Virus record (IMG/VR): IMGVR_UViG_3300014501_000025
Span: 1 to 52,300 of that record
Strand: one strand, 5' to 3'
DNA length: 52,300 nucleotides
Origin: a virus
Taxonomy: Duplodnaviria > Caudoviricetes
The first letter of the stretch is position 1; each line of letters begins with the position of its first letter. Both the position numbers and the translations under genes were made by a program. Shown here in pieces: positions 36,104-45,656 of this stretch. Under the pieces are notes generated by a model. It ran no database searches. It was given only the letters and a program-made list of their open reading frames with translations, and was not told the DNA's origin.

Positions 36104-36468
36104 GCTCCACCTCGCAGCCCAGCACGGATCGCGTCTTGAGCTAGGAAGCAATGCTCGCTGTGCTGGACGTACGCAACCTCGCCGGGCGCATCGACATTCG
36201 GCAGCGGCCATGTCATTGATGCGAGCACACTCTCCCACGCCTCGCGGGGCAACTGGATTCGCACCTCGTCGCGGGGCGGCCGCTCGGGGTCTGTGAGTTG
36301 CGCGATCGCGTATCCCCACTCGGCGTTGGTCAGGTGCGCCTCGGGAGCTTCGTTGCAGAGGCCGCAGAAACCGAGGAACGCGCCACGGCTGACGGGACAC
36401 CGCCGCTGACCGACGATCTCGTTGAGTCGATCACGAGCATCCCAGCTGTCCGGTCGTTGCGCGCTCAT
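36100..36468 (-). CDS. hypothetical protein with Cys/His residues
   Basis: Coupled ORF; C...FCGLC...H. Confidence 0.55.
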   Translation of the reverse strand: MSAQRPDSWDARDRLNEIVGQRRCPVSRGAFLGFCGLCNEAPEAHLTNAEWGYAIAQLTDPERPPRDEVRIQLPREAWESVLASMTWPLPNVDAPGEVAYVQHSEHCFLAQDAIRAGLRGGA

Positions 36469-36707
36469 CCGGTGATCCTCTGCACGATCCGGCCGTCATG
36501 CACCGTGGTGTCCACTCGGACGCGGTGCGGGCGGGTGCCGGTCTGGTAGCAGAAGAAGTCGACGGCGCGAAGGTAGGTCTGCACCGCGAGGGCGTAGTTG
36601 TGCATCCGCGTGAGCTTCGCGGCGAGCCGCGGCGCGATCTGCCAGGCAGCACCGAGGGCGTTCGGGACCTCGTACTCGATGCGCGTGCTGCCAGCGTGCT
36701 CAGGCAT
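36465..36707 (-). CDS. hypothetical protein
   Basis: Coupled ORF in the operon. Confidence 0.55.
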   Translation of the reverse strand: MPEHAGSTRIEYEVPNALGAAWQIAPRLAAKLTRMHNYALAVQTYLRAVDFFCYQTGTRPHRVRVDTTVHDGRIVQRITG

Positions 36708-36926
36708 CTAGTCCTCGCCTTCCCACAGCTGCGGCTCGCGCTCGACGGGCTCGGGGGCGAGCACACGGGAGAAGCCGAACGGGACCGGGCGAGCGTCGGG
36801 GGGGGGCTCCTTGTCCTCGGCGGGCTCGATGACGCTGATGTACCGCGGGCCCGACGCCGGGTTGTTCCAGCGGTGCCAGCGCCACTCGTCGCCGTTCCAG
36901 CGGGATCCTGCGGTCGGCTCAGGCAT
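36708..36926 (-). CDS. hypothetical protein
   Basis: MPEPTAGSRW..., fills the gap. Confidence 0.45.
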   Translation of the reverse strand: MPEPTAGSRWNGDEWRWHRWNNPASGPRYISVIEPAEDKEPPPDARPVPFGFSRVLAPEPVEREPQLWEGED

Positions 36927-37119
36927 TGCGCATCGCCGCGGTGAGGAGCATGCCGAAGTATGCGACGGCCATCTGCTCAGCCACATCGGCCGTGTATCCG
37001 CCGTCGAGCAGGCCCTGGCGGAACTCGACGAGGGTCGAGGCGAGGTCCTTTGCTGCCGCACGCATCTGGTCAAAGCCGGCGGTGATCGCAGCGAGCGTCT
37101 CTTCGGGCGTGGGGTCCAT
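36919..37119 (-). CDS. hypothetical protein
   Basis: GGAGG RBS; MDPTPEET... Confidence 0.6.
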   Translation of the reverse strand: MDPTPEETLAAITAGFDQMRAAAKDLASTLVEFRQGLLDGGYTADVAEQMAVAYFGMLLTAAMRNA

Positions 37120-37156
37120 GTACAGCCTCCATTGAGTCGAGGGGGTGGAGGAAAAA

Positions 37157-37804
37157 TCAGGCGGCGACGAGCACTGGCTGGCGGTTCCCAACGCGGGACA
37201 CCACCTGGTGCTGCAACGCCGTCAACGGCACCGGCACTGCGGCGACAGCCCGGATTGAGCACTTACAGCCGACGTTGCACTCGGTGGCGCCTTCGCCCGG
37301 GAGTGTCGGCCACATCGCCAGTGGCATCGGCGGCAGGCCCGCGAGGGCGGGGCAGTCGTCGCAGTGGTGAGCGCCATCATCGAGCGTCCATTCGAGCAGC
37401 AGCCCGTCAGCGTCGGCGGCCTGGGCGTACCCGTGCTGTTCACCCGACCATGCGGCTGACACGCCACCGGCGACACGGTGGGTGTTCGCGGCGATGAACG
37501 AGCGGATCGCGAGGATGATCGCCGCGTCGATCGTCGCCGACACGGCGAGCTGCTCGGCGGTCGGGACGATCACGGCGAGCTGCGCACCCATGCTCGCCAA
37601 GCTGGCCAGCGCCGGGGCGAGCGCGCGTTGCATCGGGATGACGGGCGGCGTGGTGGGCTGTGGCTGGGTGACGCGGTTGGCGGGCGGAGTGGCTGTCTGG
37701 GACTGGTAGTTGCGAACCCCGGCCTTCCACGCCTTCACGTACGTCGCTTTCAGGATCTGGGCCTGGCGTTTCTGCCATGCCGCGGACGCCTGCTGCGGAG
37801 TCAC
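37157..37804 (-). CDS. MuF-like head morphogenesis / minor capsid protein
   Basis: W.LDDGAHHCDDC..L...PG...T.C..GCKC downstream of portal. Confidence 0.7.
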   Translation of the reverse strand: MTPQQASAAWQKRQAQILKATYVKAWKAGVRNYQSQTATPPANRVTQPQPTTPPVIPMQRALAPALASLASMGAQLAVIVPTAEQLAVSATIDAAIILAIRSFIAANTHRVAGGVSAAWSGEQHGYAQAADADGLLLEWTLDDGAHHCDDCPALAGLPPMPLAMWPTLPGEGATECNVGCKCSIRAVAAVPVPLTALQHQVVSRVGNRQPVLVAA

Positions 37805-38035
37805 CGTCGAGGGCCGCCGCGCCCGGGCTTTTTCGCGCGTGGGCTGACCTGCCGGTCATACGCCTGCTCGCGTTTCACGCCGTCGAGCTGGGTGGCGAGC
37901 TCGGACAGGCGCGTGGGGTCGTTCGTGCGGTCCATCTGCGCTTCGATGTCGCGGGCGAGGAACCGGAGCTGTCGGCGCTCCTCGGCAGTGTTCAGGTGCC
38001 CCGGCTGAAGCTTGCAGGCGATGACGGCCTCCCCC

Positions 38036-40075
38036 TTAGCTGGCGATGTCGGCGAGGAGCCGCTTGAGGTTCTCCGCGGTCTGGCGGGTGAACTCGTCGG
38101 CGTGCTCGGTGAACGCGGGGTCGTCCGGGGTGCGGCGCAGATGACCGTCGGCGGCCTCGCGGGTCTGCCGGGCGATGTTCGCCCTGCCGACCTTCGACGC
38201 GGGATTCTTCTCGCCGGCCTGACCATCGGGCGCAGCAGCAGCACCGGCACCAGGAGCACCGCCGCCGGGTCCCGCGGCGCCGGGGGGGCCGCCGATGAGC
38301 ATCCCCATCGGCTCGTCGTCCCCGACCTGCGCTTTCGTGGGGTCGAGCTTCGGGACCTGCCGGTTCGTGGCACGGATCACTGGCCGGCGGATCTTCCCGC
38401 CACGCGCCGGCTTGTCGTTCCCCATCTCGTCCTTACCGTCGGTCTCGTCCGCGTCGGCGAACTCCTCGATGATCGCTTCCTGCTCCTCATCGAAGTCGTA
38501 CTCCGTGAGATCCAGCTCCGCGGCAGCGGCGGTCGCCGCGGTGCGCCGGCTGATGTACCCGTCAGCCTCCGCCTGCTCGAGCATGTCGAGCTTCTGCGCG
38601 CTGTCCTCCGATGCGATCTCCGGGAAGATGAACTCCCGGTCGACCTCCCCGTTGATACCCGCGGCTTCCATGACGCGGTCGAACATCTGGTGCAGCAGCT
38701 CATCGCCGATGTCCTGACGCTCCTCGAACGTCTGGATCGACGGCTCGGTGGTCGTTGACGCGGTCGCCTGCGTCGTCCCAGAACCGCCGGCGGGCGACAG
38801 GCCGAGGTAGGCGCGGGCGATGCCGGTCCCGGCGCTGATCCCGTCGACCAGCTCGTCATAGGTGAAGTCGGTGCGGACCTCGCGCCCTGACGTGTACTGG
38901 AACGGCTCGATGTCCGTCGAGTCGTTCATTCCGATGATCGATCCTGGCTGTGGCGGCTGTCCGCCCGGGAAGATCTGGTTCACCACGCGGGCGATATCCG
39001 CCGCGGTGCCCTTCGCCTTCACGACCGCCATCACGCGGTTGCCGATGTCGGACTGCACGACCTTGCTGGTCATCAGGTCCCGCAGCCGCTTGAGGTCACC
39101 GAGCGCGGGGAACAGGTCCGATCGGCCGCGGGCCTCGCCGGACACGTCGTTGATCTTCCAGTGGTCGATCTCGCCCGCGTCGATCTGACGGATGATGTAT
39201 CTGGTCACTCCGGTCGGCGTGGGGCCCTGCGGCGCGAGGTTCGCTGCTGGCGGGCTGAACAGCTCCATCCGGGTCTGGAACTGCTGGTGATAGAAGAAGA
39301 CCGTCTCCAGGTCCTCCTGGTCGGTCACGATCTCATAGATCGTCGCCGGGTCCAGCTGCCGGACCAGCAGCAGCCGCGGATCGTTCCGCGGCGCAGGGAA
39401 GTAGCGCAGGAACTGCTCGCCGAACACGCTGAGGTCATAGAAGATCGATCGCAGCCGGCGGCGCATCCGGTTGCCGTTCCAGAACGCCTCCCACGCTTCG
39501 CGCGCCTTGTCGTTCTCGATCCGCCACCGGACGCCACGGCCGAGCGGGAACTGCACCATCGCTCGGCACGCACGCTTCCCGATCCCCGAATGCGTTGACG
39601 CTTCAAAGCACTTCGCGGATGACGCCCAGTAGTCAGCCCAGTACTGCTGGCGGGTGGCCGGCCCGGGGATCATCGGCACGTAGTTGCTGGTCAGCGGCCC
39701 CTCCGGGGTGCCGTAGGCTCCCCAGCCGCCCATCGCGAACGAGTCGCTCTCCTGCAGCTTGGGGTGCTCACGCAGGACCGATTCCCGCAGCCGGGTGTAT
39801 CGCCGGTCGAGCTGAGCGCCGTTCATCCGGCGGGTGACGCGTGATCCCCGCAGCCGGCCGTTACGCTCGAACTGGCCCTCCCAGATGCGAGCGTCGATCT
39901 GGGCGCGCGGGTCGGCGAGGATCGGCGCGAGCGGCCGGTCGGGGCACGCGATCGCGGGGACGACCTGTCCGTCCTCGTTGAGCTTGAGTCCGTAGGCGTC
40001 GAGCTCGGGCACGTAGGGCGGCGGGCTGACGACCTTCGCGGTGGGGCGTTCGCGCTTGGGAGTGCTGGCGGGCAT
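38036..40075 (-). CDS. portal protein
   Basis: 679 aa after TerL; VFGE.F, LDP.TI..I.TD.ED, I.H.KIN...E.RGRSDL. Confidence 0.88.
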   Translation of the reverse strand: MPASTPKRERPTAKVVSPPPYVPELDAYGLKLNEDGQVVPAIACPDRPLAPILADPRAQIDARIWEGQFERNGRLRGSRVTRRMNGAQLDRRYTRLRESVLREHPKLQESDSFAMGGWGAYGTPEGPLTSNYVPMIPGPATRQQYWADYWASSAKCFEASTHSGIGKRACRAMVQFPLGRGVRWRIENDKAREAWEAFWNGNRMRRRLRSIFYDLSVFGEQFLRYFPAPRNDPRLLLVRQLDPATIYEIVTDQEDLETVFFYHQQFQTRMELFSPPAANLAPQGPTPTGVTRYIIRQIDAGEIDHWKINDVSGEARGRSDLFPALGDLKRLRDLMTSKVVQSDIGNRVMAVVKAKGTAADIARVVNQIFPGGQPPQPGSIIGMNDSTDIEPFQYTSGREVRTDFTYDELVDGISAGTGIARAYLGLSPAGGSGTTQATASTTTEPSIQTFEERQDIGDELLHQMFDRVMEAAGINGEVDREFIFPEIASEDSAQKLDMLEQAEADGYISRRTAATAAAAELDLTEYDFDEEQEAIIEEFADADETDGKDEMGNDKPARGGKIRRPVIRATNRQVPKLDPTKAQVGDDEPMGMLIGGPPGAAGPGGGAPGAGAAAAPDGQAGEKNPASKVGRANIARQTREAADGHLRRTPDDPAFTEHADEFTRQTAENLKRLLADIAS

Positions 40076-40236
40076 CAGCCCTCCTCGGCGATCGCCTGGT
40101 AGATCTGCGGGACCGCGACGGACGGATCAAACGCGGGGTGCGTGCGGCGAAGGAACGGCAGGCACGCGGCGAACAGCACGACTCGCGCGTGGACGAGCAG
40201 CGTCACGGCCCCGACGGTGGCGAGAATGCAGCGCAT
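40075..40236 (-). CDS. small hydrophobic protein
   Basis: GGAGGTG RBS; MRCILATVGAVTLLV...; stop overlaps portal ATG. Confidence 0.5.
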   Translation of the reverse strand: MRCILATVGAVTLLVHARVVLFAACLPFLRRTHPAFDPSVAVPQIYQAIAEEG

Positions 40237-40363
40237 CACACCTCCCGTTTCGGCGATCAGTGCGGGGCGGCCTTCGGCGTGGCGGACGCCTTCTCGGCGC
40301 GCTCCAGCGCCTTGCAGTCCAGGTCACCGAGCGTGTACTTGACCTGTCCCTGGGTGACGCGTA

Positions 40364-40435
40364 TCAGACACGCCCCCGCATCACGGCGAGAACGAGCACG
40401 ACGACCACCACAACCACGAGAATGGTCCAGAGCAT
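40364..40435 (-). CDS. 23-aa single-TM micropeptide
   Basis: AAGGAGG RBS; MLWTILVVVVVVVLVLAVMRGRV. Confidence 0.55.
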   Translation of the reverse strand: MLWTILVVVVVVVLVLAVMRGRV

Positions 40436-40453
40436 CAGGGCCTCCTTGGAGGG

Positions 40454-40639
40454 TTAGGACCTTGGCTGGCGAGCGGGCGCGGTGAACACGTAGCCGCCGA
40501 GCAGGGAGTCGATCGCCCAGCACAGGAGCGCGGCGACGGTCCATGTCGGCCATCCCTGACCAGCGATAGCGGTCGGCACGAGCAGGCAGATCAGCGCGAG
40601 CACGAGCAGGATGACGGCGATGAACAGCAACAGTCTCAT
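40454..40639 (-). CDS. two-TM membrane protein
   Basis: AAAGGA RBS; two hydrophobic helices. Confidence 0.65.
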   Translation of the reverse strand: MRLLLFIAVILLVLALICLLVPTAIAGQGWPTWTVAALLCWAIDSLLGGYVFTAPARQPRS

Positions 40640-40666
40640 TCGGGGGTCCTTTCTGATGGGGCGCTT

Positions 40667-40867
40667 CTAGAACAGGTGCAGCGATAGGACGAGCGCGGCG
40701 GCGCTGACCAGCGTGATGACGGCGCCACCGAACCACCGGTACGCCTCGCCGCGGGCGTGCCGGTCCTCGGAGCGGGTGGTGCGGCTGACGAAGTCGTCCT
40801 CGAGCCGGCCGACGCGCTGCTCGAGGTCATGGAGCTCGTACCAAACCTCCCGGTCGCTGTCGGCCAT
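40667..40867 (-). CDS. coiled-coil + C-terminal TM protein (XhlA-like architecture)
   Basis: LEQRVGRLE...WFGGAVITLVSAAALVLSL. Confidence 0.65.
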   Translation of the reverse strand: MADSDREVWYELHDLEQRVGRLEDDFVSRTTRSEDRHARGEAYRWFGGAVITLVSAAALVLSLHLF

Positions 40868-40870
40868 CGG

Positions 40871-41008
40871 CTAGCGACGGCGCGGACGGTCGCGGCGGTC
40901 GACTTCCGGCCCGCACCACCGACCGCGCCAGAGGTCGCGCCACGTGATCGTCCACGGGCCTACCTCAAGGGCATAGGGGAACGAGTGGGGAAGCCGACGG
41001 AATTTCAT
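40871..41008 (-). CDS. small basic protein
   Basis: ATGA-coupled; MKFRRLPHSF... Confidence 0.4.
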   Translation of the reverse strand: MKFRRLPHSFPYALEVGPWTITWRDLWRGRWCGPEVDRRDRPRRR

Positions 41009-41589
41009 CCGTGAAGGAGCAGCGTGATCGCGATACCGGCCGCGCCGAGAAGAAAGGCACTGAAAACCGTGGCGGCGGCAACGTACAGATGAGCGACACC
41101 CGTTCGGCTGACGCTAACGTCGCGGGCGTCGATCGTCTGCGCTTTGCCGCCGGCGGTCTCGTACTGGACCCTGCGAAGGTCCGTCACGTCCTTGATGATC
41201 GGCTCGAGCGCAGCCGAATACTGCGCTTGTAGCTGTAGCCGCGTGGTCTCCACCTGCGTACGCATCGCCTCAGCCGAGGAGGCGACCTGCGCGGCGAGCG
41301 TCGCCGCCTGTGTGGCCTGCACCTGAGCGGCAGCGGCAACAGCGCCGACGTCGACAGCGCGGATAGCGTCGATGCGGCCGCTTTCTGACTCGCGTAGCTC
41401 GTTGTCGTATGAGGCGCGCAGCGCCACGATCTCGCGGACGTGGGCGCTCTCGGACTCCCGCAAGTCGTCCTGGCGCTTCAGGCCTGCCTCCACGAGGGCG
41501 ATCACGTTCGCCGTAGGGTCTATCGCCGTTCGGCCGACCCGGTCGGTCGCGGGGCCAGGCGGCTGCTGCGGTGATTCTCCGTTAGCCAC
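41005..41589 (-). CDS. coiled-coil + C-terminal TM protein
   Basis: AGGAGG RBS; helical Ala/Gln-rich body with terminal TM. Confidence 0.65.
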   Translation of the reverse strand: MANGESPQQPPGPATDRVGRTAIDPTANVIALVEAGLKRQDDLRESESAHVREIVALRASYDNELRESESGRIDAIRAVDVGAVAAAAQVQATQAATLAAQVASSAEAMRTQVETTRLQLQAQYSAALEPIIKDVTDLRRVQYETAGGKAQTIDARDVSVSRTGVAHLYVAAATVFSAFLLGAAGIAITLLLHG

Positions 41590-42028
41590 GAGCTACCCCT
41601 CCTCCTTGGAGCTTGGCGCGAATCTCGGTAGCGAGCGCTTTCGCGTCGGGGCCCGGTTGAAGGTCAGCCAGCCGGGCGATGTCCTGCTCGACAGCCGTGA
41701 AGTCCACTCCGACCGCTACGCGGGTCGCCTCAGCGTCGTGGTGAGCATCCCCCGCGGTCAGCATCGCGAGGGACGCAGCGACCTGGCCCCAGTCCGTTGC
41801 CGCGTTCGCGTACAGCGAGATCAGCGCCACGAACGCCACCGAGGTGAACAGTGCTTTGGTGAAGTGGACGCCCAGCAGGTAGAGCAGGATCAGCGTCGCC
41901 CAACAGATCACGCGGGCGAGGCCGGTAATGACCATGATCAACGCGGTGCGGCGCTGATGACCGATCTTCTGGCGTCCGTCCAGGCCGGTGCGGTGCGCGC
42001 GGGCGTGAAGGCGAGCCCGGATGCTCAT
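41582..42028 (-). CDS. membrane protein
   Basis: Two TM helices (SVAFVALISLYAN) followed by coiled coil. Confidence 0.65.
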   Translation of the reverse strand: MSIRARLHARAHRTGLDGRQKIGHQRRTALIMVITGLARVICWATLILLYLLGVHFTKALFTSVAFVALISLYANAATDWGQVAASLAMLTAGDAHHDAEATRVAVGVDFTAVEQDIARLADLQPGPDAKALATEIRAKLQGGGVARG

Positions 42029-42342
42029 CGTCCACTCCTCGCAGCCGCGGCGATCAACCGCTCAGCCTTCGTCTTCAAGAAACGCGAGCCGGTGAGCTGC
42101 CCCAGCTTCGTGCCAAAGATGTTCGCCAGGCCCACGAACGTGAGCACGTAGATCTTGTTGGTGAGATCGTGGCCGCCGAGCGTGGTCACGGAGATGGTCG
42201 TGGTGGCTATCGAGACGTACCAGCCGAGCATGTCGAGCAGACCCGCCGTCCAGCCCATCGCGCGGGCTTCGGCCATCACCATGCAGGTCCCGAGCACATC
42301 CGAAACCACCATCGCAACCGCGGCAACGAGGGCGGTGATCAT
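42025..42342 (-). CDS. three-TM membrane protein
   Basis: AGGAGG RBS; MITALVAAVAMV... Confidence 0.65.
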   Translation of the reverse strand: MITALVAAVAMVVSDVLGTCMVMAEARAMGWTAGLLDMLGWYVSIATTTISVTTLGGHDLTNKIYVLTFVGLANIFGTKLGQLTGSRFLKTKAERLIAAAARSGR

Positions 42343-42512
42343 GCTGCCCTCCTGGGCTCGTGCTCGGCGAGTAGCCGGTCCAGGGCTGCGCGCATCTCGC
42401 CGGCGTCGCGCGTGCTGGCGCGTGGTGTGACGGCGACGGCGTGGCAGCGCGGGCATGGCGCGATGTCGCTGTCGGCGATGTACATCAGCCCGCAGAAGCA
42501 GACGATCCGCAC
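42339..42512 (-). CDS. small Zn-ribbon protein
   Basis: GGAGG RBS; CFCG...CPRC. Confidence 0.55.
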   Translation of the reverse strand: MRIVCFCGLMYIADSDIAPCPRCHAVAVTPRASTRDAGEMRAALDRLLAEHEPRRAA

Positions 42513-42529
42513 GGCGCCCTCCTGCCGGG

Positions 42530-42877
42530 CTAAGGCTGCTGCAGCGCGTGCAGCAGCCGGACGGCGCGCTCCACGTGGCGGGCGCCGGCGAACTGCAGTT
42601 GCGGGGTGCGCTGCCCAACGAGAGCAGTGGCGAGCAGCTGCACCATCATGTCGCACGCACCGGCCTCGGCCTCGGCCTGCTTGCGGCCGTTGGAACGCAC
42701 CGGAAGACGCTGAGCCTTGGCGCGCAGCGATGCCGCGCGGTGCTGGAGACGCTCTACCTCGAGCTTGACGTCTGGCGCGTGCTCGGCGAGCTTGCGCTGC
42801 CGGCGATGGCCGGCGAGCTGCTCGTCATCCGCCAGGTCAACGGCGGAGTGCGAACGGACTCGCTCGAGGACGCTCAC
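42530..42877 (-). CDS. hypothetical protein
   Basis: GTGA-coupled ORF. Confidence 0.5.
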   Translation of the reverse strand: MSVLERVRSHSAVDLADDEQLAGHRRQRKLAEHAPDVKLEVERLQHRAASLRAKAQRLPVRSNGRKQAEAEAGACDMMVQLLATALVGQRTPQLQFAGARHVERAVRLLHALQQP

Positions 42878-43158
42878 TTCGACGAGCTCGACTTCCCGGC
42901 CAGGACCGCGTGGACCTTTGCGAGCAGCACGCTGATGTCCGCCTCGAGATGCTTGAAGTTCGGCGCGTACTTCGCGATCTCGGCCTCAGCGTCGGCGATC
43001 AACTCCTTGGCCTTGTCCCCCGCGCCGGCGAGGGCATGCACGAACGCGACGTCGAGCGTGTGGACGATCTTGGTGATCCCCGTCTGGCCGGCGGCGGCTG
43101 CCTCGGCGGTCTCGAGGTGCTGGGCTACGGCTTCGGCGTGCTCGTTCTTGGCGGCCAT
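42874..43158 (-). CDS. hypothetical protein
   Basis: AAGGAG RBS; MAAKNEHAEAV... Confidence 0.6.
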   Translation of the reverse strand: MAAKNEHAEAVAQHLETAEAAAAGQTGITKIVHTLDVAFVHALAGAGDKAKELIADAEAEIAKYAPNFKHLEADISVLLAKVHAVLAGKSSSSK

Positions 43159-43172
43159 GAGGGCTCCTTGGG

Positions 43173-43421
43173 TTAGACGCGTTCGGGCCAACGCCAGGTA
43201 CCCGGGGCGAGCTCGCCGCCGGGTGCTTGGGGCACGCCCTCGTCGGTGATGTAGTCCGGCGGGCTGTCCCGCGGATAGAAGATGTGGAGATGCAGGTGAC
43301 CGTCAGCGGGCGGGGTGGGATGCTCGCTATCGGGGGTGCCGATCACCAGCGCGGCGCAGTCAAGGCCCCGCAGGGTGCGGTACGTGACGATCCGGCCGAT
43401 CGTGGGCGCGGGCTGGTCCAT
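43173..43421 (-). CDS. conserved phage hypothetical protein
   Basis: PTIGRIV.Y...AALV...W.WPERV pattern common in phages. Confidence 0.65.
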   Translation of the reverse strand: MDQPAPTIGRIVTYRTLRGLDCAALVIGTPDSEHPTPPADGHLHLHIFYPRDSPPDYITDEGVPQAPGGELAPGTWRWPERV

Positions 43422-43445
43422 GAGGCGTCTCCGTGGTCGAGGGGG

Positions 43446-44948
43446 CTAGCCGAAGTCGCTGGTGCTGTACCGCCGTGTGCGTACCGTCTTCGGCGCCGGG
43501 CCGGCCGAGATCGTTACCGGCCCCGCGGCGGGCCAGACGTTCGCGAGGCCATAGCCGGCGGCGTCGTGGAAGTGCTCGTGGAACCCGTCTTTTTGGAACG
43601 ACTCCCCGCGGATCCGCTCGCCGGTCGGAGCGCGCTTGGACTCCCACTGCGCCTGCTCCATGGCGTCGGCGAGGCGAGGGCACCGCTGACAATCGATAAG
43701 CAGTCGGCTGTCCCGCAGCAGCTGCTTGACGAGGTCGACGCGGTCGCTCGGGACCGAGGGTTCGATCATCCGCAGGTCGGCTATCCCGTGGCGTCGCAGG
43801 GTGATGTGATCGGTCTCGGTCCCCGACTGGCTGGTGCGCGCCTTGCCAGCCGGGTCGACGCCAGCTGGGCACGCGCCGCTCTCAAGCCCGTAGAGAGCGT
43901 CGGCGTGAGCGATCTGCGCCGCGAACTCCTCTGTGGTCAGCTCAGTGCAGTGCAGCTCACCGAAGATGTGCGCCAGGCGGTCGGCCTGGATCTCCATCCA
44001 GTAGCAGACCGCGTGGTGATAGCCGAAGTCGATACCGCGCCACACCGGCCACTGCGGCTCCCGCTTCCATGGTGCGTGATGCTCTGAGCGGTCAAACTCG
44101 CTGAACACCGCCTCGTCAGCGAGCTGGAACGCGTCTAGTGCTTTCTCGGGGTGCTCCTGCTTGAACCGTCGCAGGTCGGGATATTTCTTTGACTCTCTGC
44201 GCAGCCACGCGTCATCGCGTCGCGGGTGTGCGCTGGACGGGATGAATATCGGCCAGTACCCGTTCGGGGTTTCCGCGCCGGGCTGCGCGCCGGCCCACAG
44301 GCGTGCGTAGTAGTTCGCGGTGCCTTTCGCGGTGCTGATCGCGATGATGGTCCCGCCGCCGGCGATGATCGCGAGGATCGCGGTGAACGTCTCGACGGCC
44401 CACTTCCACTTCGAGACTTCGTCGGCGATGATCAGCTGTGCGGTGAGGCCCGAGCCGGTGTCCTCGGTCGACGGGAGCGAGATGACTCTGGACCCGTTCG
44501 CGAAGACGACCATCGGCATCTTCACGTCGTTGGTGTCCTGGATGATCCGGGTCTGCAACTCCGGCGGGAGGTGCTTGTGCATGAACCGGACGCGGTCCAG
44601 CAGCTCGATCGCCGCGCCGAGATTGCGGCTCAGGATCAGGACCGTCTGACCGGGATTGCAGTTCCCAAGCCATAGCCCGTACGCGAGGCTGACCCACGAC
44701 AAGCCGAGCTGGCGGGCCTTGAGCACCACGACGTTTGACTGCTCGCGAATGTCGGTGAGGACTGTCCGCTGGAAGTCCCACAGTCGGAACCGTTCCGGAT
44801 CGCCACCGGCGGCGGGGACCAGCCAGATGAACTGGTCGATGAAGAACTCGGGGTCTTCGGCCGCGCGGTCGTACTCGGTGCGAGTGCGTTTCGGGGGGTC
44901 CAGGAGATCAGCAGCCCGCGAGAACGGGTCGCGGACGACGACGACCAT
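43446..44948 (-). CDS. terL: terminase large subunit
   Basis: LKARQLGLS (Walker A), IIADE (Walker B), ISTA.G, GIDFG, DPAG, H..DA..Y. Confidence 0.92.
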   Translation of the reverse strand: MVVVVRDPFSRAADLLDPPKRTRTEYDRAAEDPEFFIDQFIWLVPAAGGDPERFRLWDFQRTVLTDIREQSNVVVLKARQLGLSWVSLAYGLWLGNCNPGQTVLILSRNLGAAIELLDRVRFMHKHLPPELQTRIIQDTNDVKMPMVVFANGSRVISLPSTEDTGSGLTAQLIIADEVSKWKWAVETFTAILAIIAGGGTIIAISTAKGTANYYARLWAGAQPGAETPNGYWPIFIPSSAHPRRDDAWLRRESKKYPDLRRFKQEHPEKALDAFQLADEAVFSEFDRSEHHAPWKREPQWPVWRGIDFGYHHAVCYWMEIQADRLAHIFGELHCTELTTEEFAAQIAHADALYGLESGACPAGVDPAGKARTSQSGTETDHITLRRHGIADLRMIEPSVPSDRVDLVKQLLRDSRLLIDCQRCPRLADAMEQAQWESKRAPTGERIRGESFQKDGFHEHFHDAAGYGLANVWPAAGPVTISAGPAPKTVRTRRYSTSDFG

Positions 44949-44976
44949 CCGGCCTCCCAATATTCGCGTAGGCCCC

Positions 44977-45012
44977 TTGACAAACTGTATAGCCCCCTAT
45001 ACAGTTGGCGCA
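44977..45012 (+). promoter_or_regulatory. sigma70-type promoter overlapped by a perfect palindromic operator
   Basis: TTGACA (44977-82), 17 bp, TACAGT (45000-05); AACTGTATAG-cccc-CTATACAGTT at 44983-45006; ATG 6 nt after the -10. Confidence 0.8.
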
Positions 45013-45656
45013 TGGAGTCAACCACCGCCAAGGAGCACCGCATGAGCACGCTGAGCGTCGACGACGTCACCCGCTGGGCCGATGACGGCGGCTACTGCCC
45101 GCCCGAGCGCGAAGCCAACGCGCCGGCGAAGTTGACCTACCGCGAGCGTCGCGCCCGCAAGGCCGAGCGTCTGCGTGGCTGGGCCGAGAAGCGCGAAGCC
45201 AAGTCGGTCGCCGCCTACGAGCGCTCAAGCGAGATGGCGAGCGTCATCCCGTTCGGGCAGCCCATCCTCGTGGGGCACTACAGCGAGGGCTCAGACCGGC
45301 GCTACCGCGACCGGATCGGCCGCGTCATGGACCAGTCATGCGAGCACGCCGCGAAGGCGACATCGATGCGGTCTCGCGCGGACAACATCGAGGCGCAGAC
45401 CGCTCACGCCATCTACTCCGACGACCCCGACGCCACCGACCGGCTGCGCGACAGGATCGCCCGGATGGAGGAGCTGCGCGACGGGATCAAGGCGCGCAAC
45501 GCCACGTTCCGCAAGGATCACCACGCCGAGCTCAAGACCATGACCGCCTATCAGCGCGACATGGCGATGCCGCACCGCAGCTATGAGCTGACCAATCTGT
45601 CCGGCAACCTCTCGAGACTCCGCAAGCGGCTCGCGAGCCTGGAGGCGCAGCGATGA
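45012..45656 (+). CDS. DUF3560 domain protein
   Basis: ERR.RKAERL..WA...IPFGQPILVGHYSE..DRRYR.RI; alternative start at 45042 with AAGGAG. Confidence 0.85.
   Translation: MESTTAKEHRMSTLSVDDVTRWADDGGYCPPEREANAPAKLTYRERRARKAERLRGWAEKREAKSVAAYERSSEMASVIPFGQPILVGHYSEGSDRRYRDRIGRVMDQSCEHAAKATSMRSRADNIEAQTAHAIYSDDPDATDRLRDRIARMEELRDGIKARNATFRKDHHAELKTMTAYQRDMAMPHRSYELTNLSGNLSRLRKRLASLEAQR

Noticed and set aside
44985-45004. CTGT...ACAG as an E. coli-type LexA box
   Set aside because: Spacer is 12 nt rather than 8, and actinobacterial SOS boxes have a different consensus
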